A DNA stretch of 64,000 nt, from the NCBI RefSeq assembly GCF_006345805.1, contig NC_043012.1:47182001-47246000 (forward strand). The letters are read 5' to 3'. This DNA comes from Octopus sinensis. Taxonomy: Eukaryota. Numbering within the stretch: the first letter of the stretch is position 1; each line of letters begins with the position of its first letter. The position numbers and the translations under genes are program-made. Below are positions 1-14,330 of this stretch, piece by piece. Under the pieces are notes generated by a model that did no database searches, was not told the origin of the DNA, and saw nothing but the letters and a program-made list of their open reading frames with translations.

Positions 1-5
1 GCATG

Positions 6-48
<43 letters not shown>

Positions 49-62
49 TCGGTACATATACT

Positions 63-109
<47 letters not shown>

Positions 110-860
110 TATATATATATGTATATACACTAGAGAGAATTTAAACTGGAGTTTAACGGTCATAGCCAAATTTGAGTCCTGTATTTAAACTAACGTTCAT
201 TAATTTTGCTATATCAACAAGAATGTAAGTGTATGTGTGTGTGTCTACACGCAGGCGCGTGTGTTTGTACGTGTGTGTGTTTGTATGTGTATACACGCAT
301 GTATGTGTACACATACTTATATATGAATCACAGGGTAGTTATGAAACTATTTTGTCGGCAAATATTAAAATAAACATCACTCAATACCAGGAGAAATAGA
401 AATGTAAAAAGAAGAAAAATAAAAGTTTTAAGTAGATCCAAATTATCAATTGTAACGTCAGAAAATACTCTCAAATAAATTGCTCTCATTTATCGTAGAT
501 TTGCTGTCTACTCTTCATAAATCTATTCAGTACTATTGATCCCGTCTTAACTAATTGTTTTAACTAGACGTATATTTAATTATAGATGACGAAATTTTGT
601 ATCAACTACAGGCATCGCCAGAATCAAACAGACACCTCACGTGGGCTACACGCGCATCGCGTCAATTTCATTGGTTTATTTCGATCGATATGGCGAACTT
701 TGAACTTTGCTTGTACATTTAAATTTAGGTGTATTTGAGTTTGTATATATTTGTGTGAGTGTTTGTGAATATATATATATATATGTATGTAAGTATGTAT
801 GTATGTGTGTGTGTGTGTCTGCATGTGTGTGTCTGTGTGTGTGTGTGTGTATGTGCGTAC

Positions 861-907
<47 letters not shown>

Positions 908-1260
908 GAGAAGGAGATAGAAAGATAGATATATCGCTAGATACACCATCATCCTCATCATCATCATCTTCATCATCATCAACAACATCAACATCAGCAT
1001 TAAACTTCGCGACGTAATCTTCACGGAATTTCCAAACAAAAGTTCTTGTAAATTAAATATTGCCGATGTCTCAGCATTGAGTTTAAAAGGTAAGTGGTAA
1101 ATTCTCATACACGATGTGAACAAAATCTCTCGGAATTTATCTTTTTCTGTGCGTTCTATTTCGAGGAATATATATGTCAAAGCCATGCTGTGAAAGTGAG
1201 AAAACACAACTGAGACCAGCAGCGTACGGCTTTTGGTAAAATAAATAAATTAGCTTCACA

Positions 1261-1484
1261 TACAGTAATCCTTCGATTATCGCGGATGTTACGTTCCAAA
1301 ATCTCCCACAGAAATAATTAAAACCTAAAAAAATATAAATACCTATCGGCCGCAGAAACCCGGATATACTGATGAGTCCCTATATAAATTTACATATATT
1401 AGCCAGAAACATGCGCGATAGGTGAACCGTGATGTATTGAGTGCGGGATCGGTGAACCGCGATATGGCATGGGATTTAGATATA
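1261..1484. mobile_element. Tigger/pogo-type non-autonomous DNA transposon (MITE), decayed
   Basis: Starts TA-CAGTAATCCTTCGATTATCGCGGATG; the right end GAACCGCGATATGGCATGGGATTT is a decayed inverted copy, resembling Tigger-like TIRs. Confidence 0.6.
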
Positions 1485-2026
1485 CTCGGCAAAAATTTTA
1501 GACGTAATATACACGTACATGACAAGAGAGCTATTATTCACTTGATGATTAAACGTCGTTTAAATATAATTTATCATTTAGCAAAAAGCAATGGTATGGG
1601 ATGTAATACGCTAGAACATAAAACGGAACTTCTTATATACAATTGGAATGAAATATTCAGCAACTTATTTAGTAACAAGTTTTATTCTGGAATGCTTGTA
1701 TATAGTTCTGCTCGTATATAGTATATAGTACATGGTTCAGCAAATTATATTTGTTTGGACGGTCAACATTTGATGTGGTTTTAGAGTGAAGTTTTGACTG
1801 CTATATCTAGCATGGTGGTAACTTTTAAATACCCTTAATTTTAATTTTAATAATTATAATTATTACCTATGACGTTTTTATTCCCAAGATAGCCACTTGA
1901 TATGATCGATATTTTAAATAACGATCTTGTCCATATATATATATATATAGTCGCCATGATAGATCGTTAGCCACTACACACATTTTTTCACTCCTTTTTT
2001 TTTCTCTCCTTGTTTTTTCTGTGTCC

Positions 2027-2062
2027 CTTTCTGTAGAAGAGCGTAGGCTCGAAACGTAAAAG
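2027..2062 (+). ncRNA. Minimal hammerhead-like motif, A6U core variant
   Basis: cttt CTGTAGA A GAG cgtagg CTC GAAAC GTA aaag; stem I cttt/aaag, loopless ACGT stem III; inside a ~200-bp repeat (1958-2160). Confidence 0.45.
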
Positions 2063-2238
2063 ACTTTTTCTATTCCTGAGCGTTATACTAATACATCTGT
2101 TTGTTTTGTACACCAACTGTCTTCGTCTTATGTCTTTTTCGTAAACTCTCCTTACATATATATATACACACGTATATCTAGATACATATAATATAGTTGT
2201 TTGTATTTGTGTGTGTGCGTATGTTTGTGTGTGTGTTC

Positions 2239-2272
<34 letters not shown>

Positions 2273-2289
2273 GTGTATGTGTGTGTATA

Positions 2290-3300
2290 GGTCACCTTTC
2301 CATCAGTTTCCGTTTACTAAAACCACTCGCAACTGTGTGGTCGGGAGCACCTGCGATGTTCGTACATACAAACTACGAAGCGTAAAATTTAAGTCATGCG
2401 GACATCGTTGCAATATGTGTAGAACAACATATCACAACGCTTTAGCTATTGCTTACTTTCTTAATATTGCAAGACATTCTGCGCACAAATTTCGAACAGA
2501 TTTCAATGTCTCTGTCGGGAATGTTTCAACTGAATCAAAGAAACGAAAATATTTTAAACAGCTACGCACTAAAAAAATTCTGCCACCCACGTAGCAGTTT
2601 TGACACATCATCAATGATGACAGCGGAAAATCGATGTAAGTCATCGACCTGAATATTTTCGATGACAGATTGGACCATCAGAACCGACGTTGGTAACAAG
2701 TCGGACATAGAGAGGAGTGTCCCAATTCATGTCAGTAAAGACACAGGGAAACCGTCTGGTCAGTTACTAAAAATGTCGAAATCCTCATGAATGTGGCATG
2801 CTTTGCTTCTTCTCTGATGGGAAAAATTTCGACCAAGACGAGCGTCTTACAGGAGAAATCGCAGATGGTAATAAATAGGGTTTTAGGAGTGGTAAATGAC
2901 AGACATCATGTCATACTACGCCGTAATCTCTACAGTTCTTAAAATCAATGTTACTGAAGACAGTTGTTAAGCTCTTGATAGCTGAAGTACGCAGTAATTG
3001 ACATACGGATCTCAACAATACAGAGCACGTTTTAACAAAGACCACGTAACCCAGTTATAGATGTCAAACAATTTATCGATAATGAAGGACGAAACTTGTG
3101 GCCTTAAAATTCATCAGACTGAATTCTACGGTACACTACTGAAGATCACCATTGTCGAAGATATGCCCGCAATATAGAACTATAAGTGAAATGAATTCCG
3201 ATTTAGTGTTGATATGTCAACGACCCCAATTTCGCACTGGAACAGTAATCGAAACTGAAAGTAGATTCTCTGAAGTATCTAATAAGAAACCGTGTACAAA
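2290..3300 (+). mobile_element. maT/DD37D-like Tc1-mariner transposase relic
   Basis: Frameshifted peptides IAYFLNIARHSAHKFRTDF, GMLCFFSDGKNFDQD, VLGVVNDRHHV and NLWP*NSSD match the FFSDEKNF-QDQ, VxGVVS and WPPNSPDLNP motifs. Confidence 0.75.
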
Positions 3301-3479
3301 AAATGCTTTTTGAATTTCATTTGAATGTTTTCTCTTGTTTTTGCGTTACCTCATATGTCCTGATGTACCTCTCGTACCGAGCGAAAACATCCATGCACAC
3401 ACCCAGACACAAAGACAGGTATATATATATATATTCTCTAACCAAACGATGTAAATCTTGTTTATATACATACACACAC

Positions 3480-3537
<58 letters not shown>

Positions 3538-4404
3538 GCACGAATATGGGCGCGCACACGCTTGCATATATATATGTACATATACATATTTATCTGTATA
3601 TTTATACGTATATAAGAATAAACTTATATGCAACGCAAATCACAGACGCATTTGTACGCAATAATATATGCATATACCCTATTCAGATGAAGCTGGATAT
3701 TTATTCATAGAGAAACATTAACACATAGAAACTCGCGCGTGCGTGCACACACACATATATATTGATTTATAATAGACATTATTTGATAAATGCATAACTG
3801 TAGACTCTTGAATGTATGTAGGAGACTATTTATGCATATATCGAATATATTCTCAGAATATTTGCAACAAACGATTTCAAGTGCGAAATATTTGCGTGCA
3901 TATTTTTATGTTTTCAATACTCTCAACCCGAAACTTTCTCCGCATATATGCATGTATGTATGCATGTATGTTTGTATATATGTATGCATGTATGTATGTA
4001 TGAATGTATGTATGTATGTGTGTGTATGTATGTATATATGTATGTGTGTATGTATATATGTATCTATATATCTGTCTATCTGTCTTTCTATCTATCTCTC
4101 TATATACATAGCCATAAAGAAATGATAGCATTTTAAAATTAAATACAAAATAAGGGAAAAAATTCACATCCCATCGAAACATGAAATAGTAATACTGCCC
4201 AGAAGTTAAAATGCGCCTATCTGCTATAACTACATTGATTAGTACAAATAGCCGGTAGGTATTGCATTATTTTAAGTGACCCTTACGTTTTCTCCCAGTG
4301 AGAGGAAGTGAGAGAATGGTTGGAATAGGTAGATAATTAGATAAGTAAGTAGATAAATGGATATATATATGTGTGTGTATGTGTGCGTGTGTGTTTGTGT
4401 GTGT

Positions 4405-4418
4405 AGATAGATAGACAA

Positions 4419-4507
<89 letters not shown>

Positions 4508-4510
4508 CAG
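4405..4510. repeat. (GATA)n microsatellite
   Basis: Direct reading; similar tracts at 13370-13415 and 53870-53955. Confidence 0.95.
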
Positions 4511-5014
4511 AAATCCTGGAGCGCGCGCGAAATACAGAGGGTGTTGTGTAGGGAGACAAACAGACAAGCCGACAGACAGAAGTCAGACAGAGACACAGAC
4601 AGAGAGTTAAGTTCAGAGAGAGTGAACAAGAAATATTTGGGGTGGGGAATAAAACGTCCAAAGAGCCACTAAATCAACGTAGAAATATATACGATTTCTC
4701 CATGGTTACGGTAAAATCATGTTGAAATTGCCCGAATGCAATATGATGTTTTGTAGTGATTTTATTCAATTTTGTTTCTTTAATAAGAATGAATTGCTTG
4801 GATAAGCTAGGAAATGTTTATTGAATATAATCAAATTTCAACAAATTTTATTATTAATATTTTTTTATTAGCAAATCATTATTATTAATTTACATTTCAT
4901 TTCTTTCTTTATCTCGAATTTTTTTTCTCTTTCGATATTAGAAAAGATTTAAAGGAGAAGAAAAATATTTTCTGCAAGAAAGTATTGATCTCCGTAAACA
5001 TTGCGTACAAGTGC

Positions 5015-5072
<58 letters not shown>

Positions 5073-5148
5073 GCATATATGTATGCATGTACGTGCATAC
5101 GTATATATATACATAATGAAGCGCATACATGTATACCTATGTATGTGT

Positions 5149-5202
<54 letters not shown>

Positions 5203-5262
5203 TATATACATATATATACAAATATATATACATATATATATATATATACGTATATATATACG

Positions 5263-5358
<96 letters not shown>

Positions 5359-5842
5359 TACATATCTATCTATCTATATTTATTTATGTCTATGTGTCTG
5401 TGTTTATTCGTAACTAAAAATATTATTGAAAGTGACTTCGAAGTTTTCGACCAGCTGGACTATTGTCTGACTGCCATGCATTGAAGTTACTCTTGGTTTT
5501 ATATAGTCTCTGTTGTTATAATCTTCCTTGTGACAGATGAACGTCAAATTGTTTTTAATATAACCGGACATAAATTCAAATAGAATTTCATATCATTTTA
5601 GGATTCATTTAAGTTATTTTAACATTCAGGACTGGAAGTGAAGGTCGAACCCAGTATAGAAATGTATATACAATATAGAAACACATCTGTAAATACCTGT
5701 GCTTACACGTACCAAGTACGCATACAAACACACATACATACATCCACACACATATATGCACACAGCCACAAAAATACATACACATAGAGGCATACCTATA
5801 TAAATTTATGCAGATGTATGTGTGTGTGTAAGTGTGTGTGTT

Positions 5843-6894
5843 TACGAAGGGGTGCTGAAAAGTTGCTGGCTTTGTCTAAAAGAAAATACAGGAAGATCAG
5901 CTAATTATGATTTTCTTCAACATATACTCTACTCTGATTCACACGCTTAGTCTTGCAAAACGAACTCGAATGACTGGGCCTCCGACTCAGAAGTTGAGTG
6001 AAAATTCGTTCCATGGAGATGTCTCTTCATTTCTAAAAAGAGTGAATAATCGAATGGGCTCAAGTCAGGACAGTAAAGTAGGTGATCGAAACGAAAACCG
6101 CATAATACCATAGATTTTCATGTGTTGCCTGTGTTGGTACATTGTCCTGGAAACAGGACACCATGGCTCAGCTTCCCATAGCGTTTATGTTTCTGAGCTT
6201 TATCCGGTGGATAAACTCCATTGATTTCTGCTCGGTTTGGGGATCATAATGATGAAGCTAAGTTTCATCCGTGATGACAAACGAGTCATAAAATTGGCCT
6301 ACTCCGCTGCAAACCGTTCCAAAATCGCCTGTGATGTCGTCACACTGATGCGCCTCTGATCTGCATTCTGGCCTTTCGGTACTCATTTCGAAGAAAGCTT
6401 TCTCATATCCAGAATAATGTGGATGACGTGGTAACATCTTTTGCGGGAAATCGCCAGATTCTCTACTATATCTTTTGCTTAAATCCGGCAATCGTCGAGA
6501 ATGATGATGGGAACAACGTCGGCTTTTTCCTCTGTGGCCAAGGAAGTTGATCGTCCTGATTGGGATACACCTGCGATCTCCAAATGAACAATCTGAAACC
6601 TTGACACCCAAATTTTCAATGTGGAGTAAGATGGACAGCCATTCTTCAATACCTTCTTTATCTCACAATGGTTATCCCCCGCAAAATAGAGGTATTTCAC
6701 GACCGCTCATGCTTAAATTTTATCAAAATCCATTCGAAGAGCCAACATCATGCGTTCAATCTGCAGAAAAGACAAAGAAATATTGTATAAAATCAGGATG
6801 TTTTGCGTACCTACATACTTGTTTTACTACCCCTGTAGAACTAAGAGATGTATAATTGTATATTACCCTTGAAACCAGGAACGTTGCAGCTCCA

Positions 6895-6900
<6 letters not shown>
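5843..6900 (-). mobile_element. Mariner element relic
   Basis: TIR-like TACGAAGGGGTGCTGAAAAGTTGCTGG versus CCAGGAACGTTGCAGCTCCACTTATA; minus-strand peptide PSYSTLKIWVSRF...SQSGRSTS...IILDDCRI matches the mariner HTH region. Confidence 0.75.
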
Positions 6901-6942
<42 letters not shown>

Positions 6943-7453
6943 AAGTAGCTAAATGCACGAATAAACAATTACATGTGCATAAACTATAATGTAATATATA
7001 TGTGCATATACAACATACACTTGGACATATACATAGACAAGCATACATATAAGTATCAATATATATACATACATCAACACATACATTTGCACACACTTAC
7101 ACTTACACACGCGCGCGCACACACATATACACCCATCTGAAAATAACAATATAATACGTACAATTGCTATGGTGGCAACAATAATTATAACATCTAGCCG
7201 AGTAATATCGACATAGATATCGATATATAATATGATAGATTTCTTATCGATGTAATCAAATATTGAAATAAAGAGATCCCAGGTGTATGGATGAAGCAAA
7301 TTCACATAATCCGTAGCTATACGTCCACAGGTAAATATAACCCACACATATTTAACTACATACATTCATTTAGGTATATATACATATTCACAGACACAGA
7401 TATATACATATACATACACATGCACACATATACACACATATATAAATACAATA

Positions 7454-7785
7454 CCTCACGATCGAGCGTCGAGCTTACGATCGTGAGGTTGTGAGCTCGA
7501 ATCCCAGACCGGGCTGCGTGCTGTGTTCTTGAGCAAGGCACTTTATTTCACGTTGCTCCAGTTCACTCAGCTGTAGAAATGAGTTGCGACGTCACTGGTG
7601 CCAAGCTGTATCGGCCCCTTTGCCTTTCCCTTGGACAACATCGGTGACGTGGAGAGGGGAGGCCGGTATGCATGGGCGACTGCTGGTCTTCCACAAACAA
7701 CCTCGCCCGGACTTGTGTCTAGGAGGGTAACTTTCTAGGTGCAATCCCATGGTCATTCATGACCGAAGGGGGTCTTTACCCCTTT
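7454..7785 (+). mobile_element. tRNA-derived SINE, family A (CORE/Meta-like central domain)
   Basis: B-box-like GCTCGAATCCC, then GTGTTCTTGAGCAAGGCACTTTATTTCACGTTGCTCCAGTTCACTCAGCTGTAGAAATGAG; homologous minus-strand copies at 36247-36558 and 40755-40930. Confidence 0.8.
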
Positions 7786-8269
7786 ACACACGCACACAGA
7801 AACGCAAACATACACACACATATATATATATGTACACATATGCTGATAAATACACATATACGTTTATCAACACATGCATATGCGCACCTATATTTAAAAT
7901 GTGTTGCGTAGTTTAAAATTCCTGTGCGTATCATGATATTATAAAAAAACATGGTAATTTGGAATATATCCAAGGAATGCAAATACACCATAATATATAA
8001 ATAAGAATATACAAAATATTAGATCAGTATAAAAGAATATCAAAATGTAAATAAACAAATAAAAATGTAATAACATTGTGGATGAATTAAAAGTAAAACA
8101 GAATTAGAATATGAGAATCGTGTATAAAGTTAGGAAGCGAGATAATTCTAAATACATATATCAATATAAATGACAGGCCATCAATGAAGTCATATATTAT
8201 ATTATATTATATTATATTATGTAATATGATTGTAACGACAATAACAGAGGTACAATACGGTTTAGAGTA

Positions 8270-8480
8270 TTACAGAACTAATGGTGAGGAAGATAGAAAG
8301 TTTGGTATCAATAGACAATACCTATCAGATTTGAAGTAATCGAATGTCCGTTGAATGTTAGGTAAGCATTTCATTTTAAGTTCCCATGCTTTATTAAGTA
8401 TGTTATCCGGACAATTTAATATCTCATATACTTCACACCGCGCTAAGACTCGGTGTGTTTTCTCTTTCTTCAATGGTTCC
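8270..8480 (-). mobile_element. Penelope-like GIY-YIG C-terminal relic
   Basis: Peptide RCEVYEILNCPDNILNKAWELKMKC resembles the PLE E..I....LNKRxELxxKCRH ending. Confidence 0.4.
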
Positions 8481-8611
8481 TAAATGGGAAGGTGACCTGA
8501 AGAAAATGGTTCTTCCATGTTGCAATCGAATAATCGATAAATAAAAGACGCGGCTGAAGCAGCTGCAGTTAACCTTTGACCAATTTATGGTTCCAATATA
8601 TATCTTTTATC

Positions 8612-8790
8612 CTTTAGTTTTTTCAGTTATAAGACTATGGCCATGCTGGGGCACCGCCTTGAAAAATTTTTTGTGGAATGTATCGACCTGAGGACTTATT
8701 TGTTTTATAAGCATAGTACTTATACTATCGGTTTCTATTGCCGAACCGCAGGTTGTCAAGAGGTGATGGGTGGGACAAACACAGACACAA
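8612..8790 (-). mobile_element. SINE family B, 3-prime half
   Basis: GGCCATGCTGGGGCACCGCC...ATCGACC...GCCGAACCG...GGTTGTCAAG, shared with 17018-17190, 35213-35410, 49863-50050 and 57285-57470. Confidence 0.75.
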
Positions 8791-8894
8791 AGACACTCAC
8801 ACAAATATATATGTATATATATGTGTGTGTGTGTGTATGTATATACATATATATATATACATATATACATATACATATATATATATATAAAATT

Positions 8895-9336
8895 TATAAA
8901 AATATGGTAAAGTAAAAGAATTCACTTTACCACACACCGAACTTTTCAGAAATAGCAGCCAAAAATTTGGCTATTTCTTCAACTGCAAATAAAAGTCTCC
9001 AGACAATGCATACTCAGAAAAATAACTCACATAGGTATAAGGGAAAAACAATGAAAGATCACATCCATATACGATACCCGAGGACAGTCTGTTTCTGGAT
9101 TTGTGGGTAAAACGCCACTTTTCCTTCATCAGCTCAGAGATTTCTTCTGATTTAGATTTGAAAATACTAAGAATCAAACATACCCGTCCGATATCTGTAA
9201 CATCGGACAAACCATGCCAGACACCCAGTACTAGCGAATCCAAAAATACGAATGAGATCTATTATTCTCCCTGTCCGCCCACGTGCTATTTCTGAAAAGT
9301 TCGGTGTGTGGTAAAGTGAATTCTTTTACTTTACCA

Positions 9337-9346
<10 letters not shown>
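8895..9346 (-). mobile_element. Non-autonomous HHR-bearing element with 63-bp perfect inverted termini
   Basis: 8895-8957 is the reverse complement of 9284-9346; both ends abut TA-rich tracts; internal HHR at 9077-9138. Confidence 0.8.
9077..9138 (-). ncRNA. Type I hammerhead ribozyme
   Basis: tctgag CTGATGA a gga..gtgg/ccac..tcc a GAAAC agact GTC ctcggg; stem I 6 bp including wobbles; extra A/A at the base of stem II. Confidence 0.75.
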
Positions 9347-9380
<34 letters not shown>

Positions 9381-9606
9381 TAGAATATTAAAATTACTAA
9401 GTCTCTTTAAAAGAGATTACGACAGCGTTTCTGGAAATTAATAGTTATCGCCATACTAATATGGCATTCTTAAAAATAAGAATAAAGCTGTCGCTGATTA
9501 GCTCCATGAAGCCATCGCCTCAAGCTAGCTACTTGACACACAAACTGCGTCCGTTATTAAACCTTCGAACAGGGGAGGTCAGCCGCTTCAACCTGCTAGT
9601 CAGACA

Positions 9607-9649
9607 GCTACAGACATGTTTCAGGGTTGTTGCCCTTTCTCAATGCAGC
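9607..9649 (-). ncRNA. Type I hammerhead ribozyme, U3-A8 compensatory variant
   Basis: gctgca TTGAGAA aggg caacaa ccct GAAAC AT GTC tgtagc; all three stems pair; stem III is the ACATGT palindrome. Confidence 0.75.
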
Positions 9650-9686
9650 GTAGTCAGACCTGCAGGTGTCGCTACTGACCGTCTCC

Positions 9687-9718
<32 letters not shown>

Positions 9719-10068
9719 GTATAACTTGGTCTAAGATACAGCAATATGTACTCATAAATTTCACTGATTCTTCATGAAGCTCTATAAGACGCGATATAGG
9801 AAATTAAGTCTTTAGCAACCTTGCTTTTTCCTCTATTAGTAATTAATTATTTCCAGAATTTATTAAAAAATGTTTTCCCTCATGCTTAATCCCCATCACC
9901 CCAAAATAAAAATTGGTTGGGTGTATCCCATCATTTCCACTGAAAATGTATATATAAGCATGAATTATTGTAAAAGTGGTCGATATCTGACACAGTAGCC
10001 GACGACCGGCATAATGTAACCTTAAATTCTACTTTCTCATATATTTCTTCGAAACTTGTCTATTTCCT

Positions 10069-10157
10069 TATTTTCTGATGAAGGAGACATTTGCAGTGTG
10101 CAACTAAAGGATTCATACTTTGTAGACAAATGGACTCGAGAAACGGCCGTCGAAATA
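10069..10157 (+). ncRNA. Type I hammerhead ribozyme with imperfect stem II base
   Basis: tatttt CTGATGA ag gag...ctc ga GAAAC GGCC GTC gaaata. Confidence 0.6.
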
Positions 10158-11528
10158 CATCTTATAGGGTGATATGACCGTCTATAAAAATTTTTCTACA
10201 AATATTGAAACAAATTCATCCTTATTATTTCTCTGATTTGTAAATCCATCATTAAGATTTCTCACTGCTGTTGATGTATTTTACAACTCTTAATCCAACA
10301 TTTTTAATCTTAAGTTTAATATAAATTTTAATCGATGTATCACTCTTTGTTTACTTATCCTTTTCACGTATATGTTTACCTCATGTATTTCTTATTTCTA
10401 TTCTAAATAATATGTTGATAAGTCCCTTGTCTTGCTGTTATATGCATTTATTATGTTGATGTAAATTATAACTACAGGATGATTATCTAAACTTTGTGTC
10501 TTCATAATCCAATTTATATAACGTCTAGCGTCTCGGGTTCGACCTGAACACTTTCAAGGAATTGTGTAAAAACATTTTCTAAAGAAGAAACAATAGACTC
10601 ACCACTACATTAGCATGTCCCTATATGCCTTTTCTTTATTTGAAATTCTTATGAATATCCGTTCAACTATATCTGATAAAGACTCGCTGTAATCTTATTG
10701 TAATATTCTTTCGTTACCAACTTAAAACATTTCCACTGAATAGAATGGTAATACCTAATTAATTGCATTTAATTATTAATTTAATTATTATTATATTTAA
10801 TTTAATTTTTTTCCATGTTTGCTTACATGTTAGTATTATCGTACGAAACGATCGTATGGATTAAGAATTAAAAAAACTTTTAGCATCTTCCCTTCTCCAT
10901 TTTTTTAACTGTTAGTTGAGTTATATAGGTTTTTTTTTATCCTGTAACACACATCACATATTTTTAATTAAATATATATATGTGTGTGTCTCTGTTTGTG
11001 CGTGTGTGTGTGACACACAAACGGACAGCCAACCAGACAGATAAATAGATAGATAGATAGATAAATAGATAGTAGATAGATATGCATGCAGTCATATAAT
11101 CACATTTATATATATATATATCCATATATATACGTATATGTGTGCATGTATGTGTTTGTGCATGTGATGATCGCCAACTTATCGAAATTCATATTAAGTT
11201 AGATATGGAAGGAAGTCTGATGATGTTAATAAACGTGCTCTATCGTATATTGTCCATCTTTAGTCATTTATACTACTTGCATAATTGCCCGAAGCTTATT
11301 AGCTTCCTATATTTGGACCCTTCCATCTCTGGATCGTGCTAATCTATTACTGTTCATGTTTATATACATATACTTACACGTGAGCATATGCATACAATTT
11401 TCTAGTGTATGTATATATGCTTGTGTATACATAGTGCATATACATACACTAGAAAATGGTATACAACAATAGACTTTTTTAGCTTACATTTCTATGTAGT
11501 TTCCGAATTGTCATAAGAAATGCTATAT

Positions 11529-11607
<79 letters not shown>

Positions 11608-11623
11608 GTGTGTGGTGTGTGTG

Positions 11624-11660
<37 letters not shown>

Positions 11661-11915
11661 GAGTAAGTGGGCAAACAAAAGAGGGGGCACTCAACACACG
11701 TTTATTGGGAGTCACATGTATTAATCAAAACAGTTTGATCCAGAATACTCGGTACTCTGACTTTCAAGCAGCTGGCTCGTCTTTGGCTATTGGTGTCCGA
11801 ATGAGTGTTCGACTGAAGAGGGCCAGTGTTTATTATCCGAGAAAGGGAACGCGGTATTGATGTTGATATTTATTAGCGACAACATTTAGACTGAAAATAC
11901 CGTGTGGTGGACAGG

Positions 11916-11961
<46 letters not shown>

Positions 11962-12012
11962 CACACACACACACTCACACACACACACACGCGCACATAT
12001 ATGTATATATAT

Positions 12013-12046
<34 letters not shown>

Positions 12047-12247
12047 TGTTCTTGTCCCAGTTTGTATTTTTCTACGTATAATATATATATATGTATATAT
12101 ATTTATATATACATATGTATGCTTATATTCAAGACATTCATGTATATATTTATATATTACATATCTACCTACCTACCTGCATACATACGTACATACACAC
12201 ACACATATATAAATATATACATACATATATACATATATGTGTACATG

Positions 12248-12286
<39 letters not shown>

Positions 12287-13367
12287 TTATACACACACAC
12301 GCAATGCACACAGAAATAAATGTGGTGAGGAGGTGATTTCTACCGACTTGAAAGCGTCTCGAAATTATACTCGAGAAGTATCCAGAGTAGTTATTGGTGC
12401 TCATTTCCTAAACCAGACATTTTAAAAGGAAACGTTTAAAACTTCATATAATTGTATGACGATTCACAGTCTAATTTCTAAGTAGTAGTTAAGCTAACAA
12501 CCAATACTTCTTACCAATTCTTACACTGGCAGGGAAAATTATCAATGATTGTTCAATATCTATATTTGGTCTGATTTACAGTTTCATATTGAGACATAAA
12601 ACATTGATATAAATCTTCCTTATTGACAAGGAGGCTGAAATAAAAGAAAAGTGAGTTCTAATATTGCTTACGTAACATGAGAGCACGAAAGATTTATTAA
12701 AATACAATATTGTTAGCATAAATAAAAAAAAAGAAAACATTCTAAGTCCGTTCTAAACACAATCACTTTGTCGAACAACTATATCCTTCGATGAATAGTC
12801 ATAAAAACATGAAAGTTAAGAAGAAATGCATGAACGCTGCTTACGTCAGAGACATTTAATATTAGTCAAGATTTCCAGTTATTATTGGCGGTTTTAGTTT
12901 TATGACTTTATCCAGAAGAATGAAATATGTAAATGAATTTCGGAGACAATAATATCGATTCTAAAACTAAAAGGTGATTAAGATAATTTTTGTTGGCGAA
13001 ACTGCATTTATTCCTAACAGCTTGCTCCGATTATTGAAGAAATATTTTCAGCAATAAGTAAAAGCACTTAAAGTCTTTCTTCAAAACAGCTTTGACATCC
13101 TCAGAATTACTTTTATCTAATTACACTATATTCAATACAACGCATTTGAAAAGTATATGACAATTTCCAGTCTAGAACACAAATATATTTTCCCATCTAC
13201 CATTTAAACATTCCGTAATGTGGACTTGTTCAGAGTACACACCTACAGACCCCCACATTTACATACTACCTATCTATGTATGTATGTATGTATGCATGTA
13301 TGTATGTATGTATGTATGTATGTTATGTATGTATGTATGTATGTATGTATGTATGTATGTATGTATG

Positions 13368-13466
<99 letters not shown>

Positions 13467-13491
13467 ATATGTTACAATTACTCAATAGTCA

Positions 13492-13554
13492 AGATAAAAC
13501 TCTGAGTTTCAGATGCCGAAGTGGAAATCCACAACACCATCTCTTCGGTTATCT
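13492..13554 (-). ncRNA. Hammerhead motif, U4C variant
   Basis: agataa CCGAAGA gatg...catc t GAAAC tcaga GTT ttatct; perfect 6-bp stem I; stem III ACTC-A-GAGT. Confidence 0.6.
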
Positions 13555-14265
13555 GGCCATCTGAAAAAACGCTATGAAAAAATACCGTTATATAAAGGGA
13601 AATTACTGTGTTATAATTCTGCTACTTATATAAAATAAGATTAAAATTTCATAGTAAAACACGTAAACATGGCTAGTCATACGCTCACATGTGCGCTCGC
13701 GGACCCACGTGCGTACTTATAAGTCACTATGAAAACGTACACATCTTCACTCGCATTTTTCGCCAAATATATACTCATATATATATAACCTCATACACAC
13801 ACATGCGTACTGTAAAAGTTCATACATACGTCTATATACACACAAGTACAAGAAAAACCATGGTTAAATGTAACAGAAAAAACATAAGGAGGTATACAAA
13901 ACTTAAAAACCACGTTCATATACGGACATGCCCTTAAGCACTCATACACACTCACGCCCATTTATGTACATACCCGCACATGTTTATATACGCATACATA
14001 CACACGCATATACGAAGAATGAATATACATATGCACCCCCTTCCCCCCAAAACCCTAAAAAATGGAGAAATACTAAGTAAAAACGTCTATATATATGCAT
14101 TATTATGCCCGCACACACGCACACATCTAAAACTGCCCACTCATACATATTTACACACGTGTACAAATGAATCTATATTTAACTATATATCTGTTGAGTG
14201 TCTGTCTGTCTATACATGTGCATGTAATTATATGTATATATAAATACATGTGTGTATATGCATAT

Positions 14266-14328
<63 letters not shown>

Positions 14329-14330
<2 letters not shown>

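Noticed and set aside
1369-1420. CTGATGA...GAAAC inside the Tigger-like MITE
   Set aside because: No NUH triplet and no stem I or II pairing
9415-9440. Minus-strand GAAAC-GCT-GTC half-motif
   Set aside because: No CUGANGA or UUGANAA core upstream; at most a fragment
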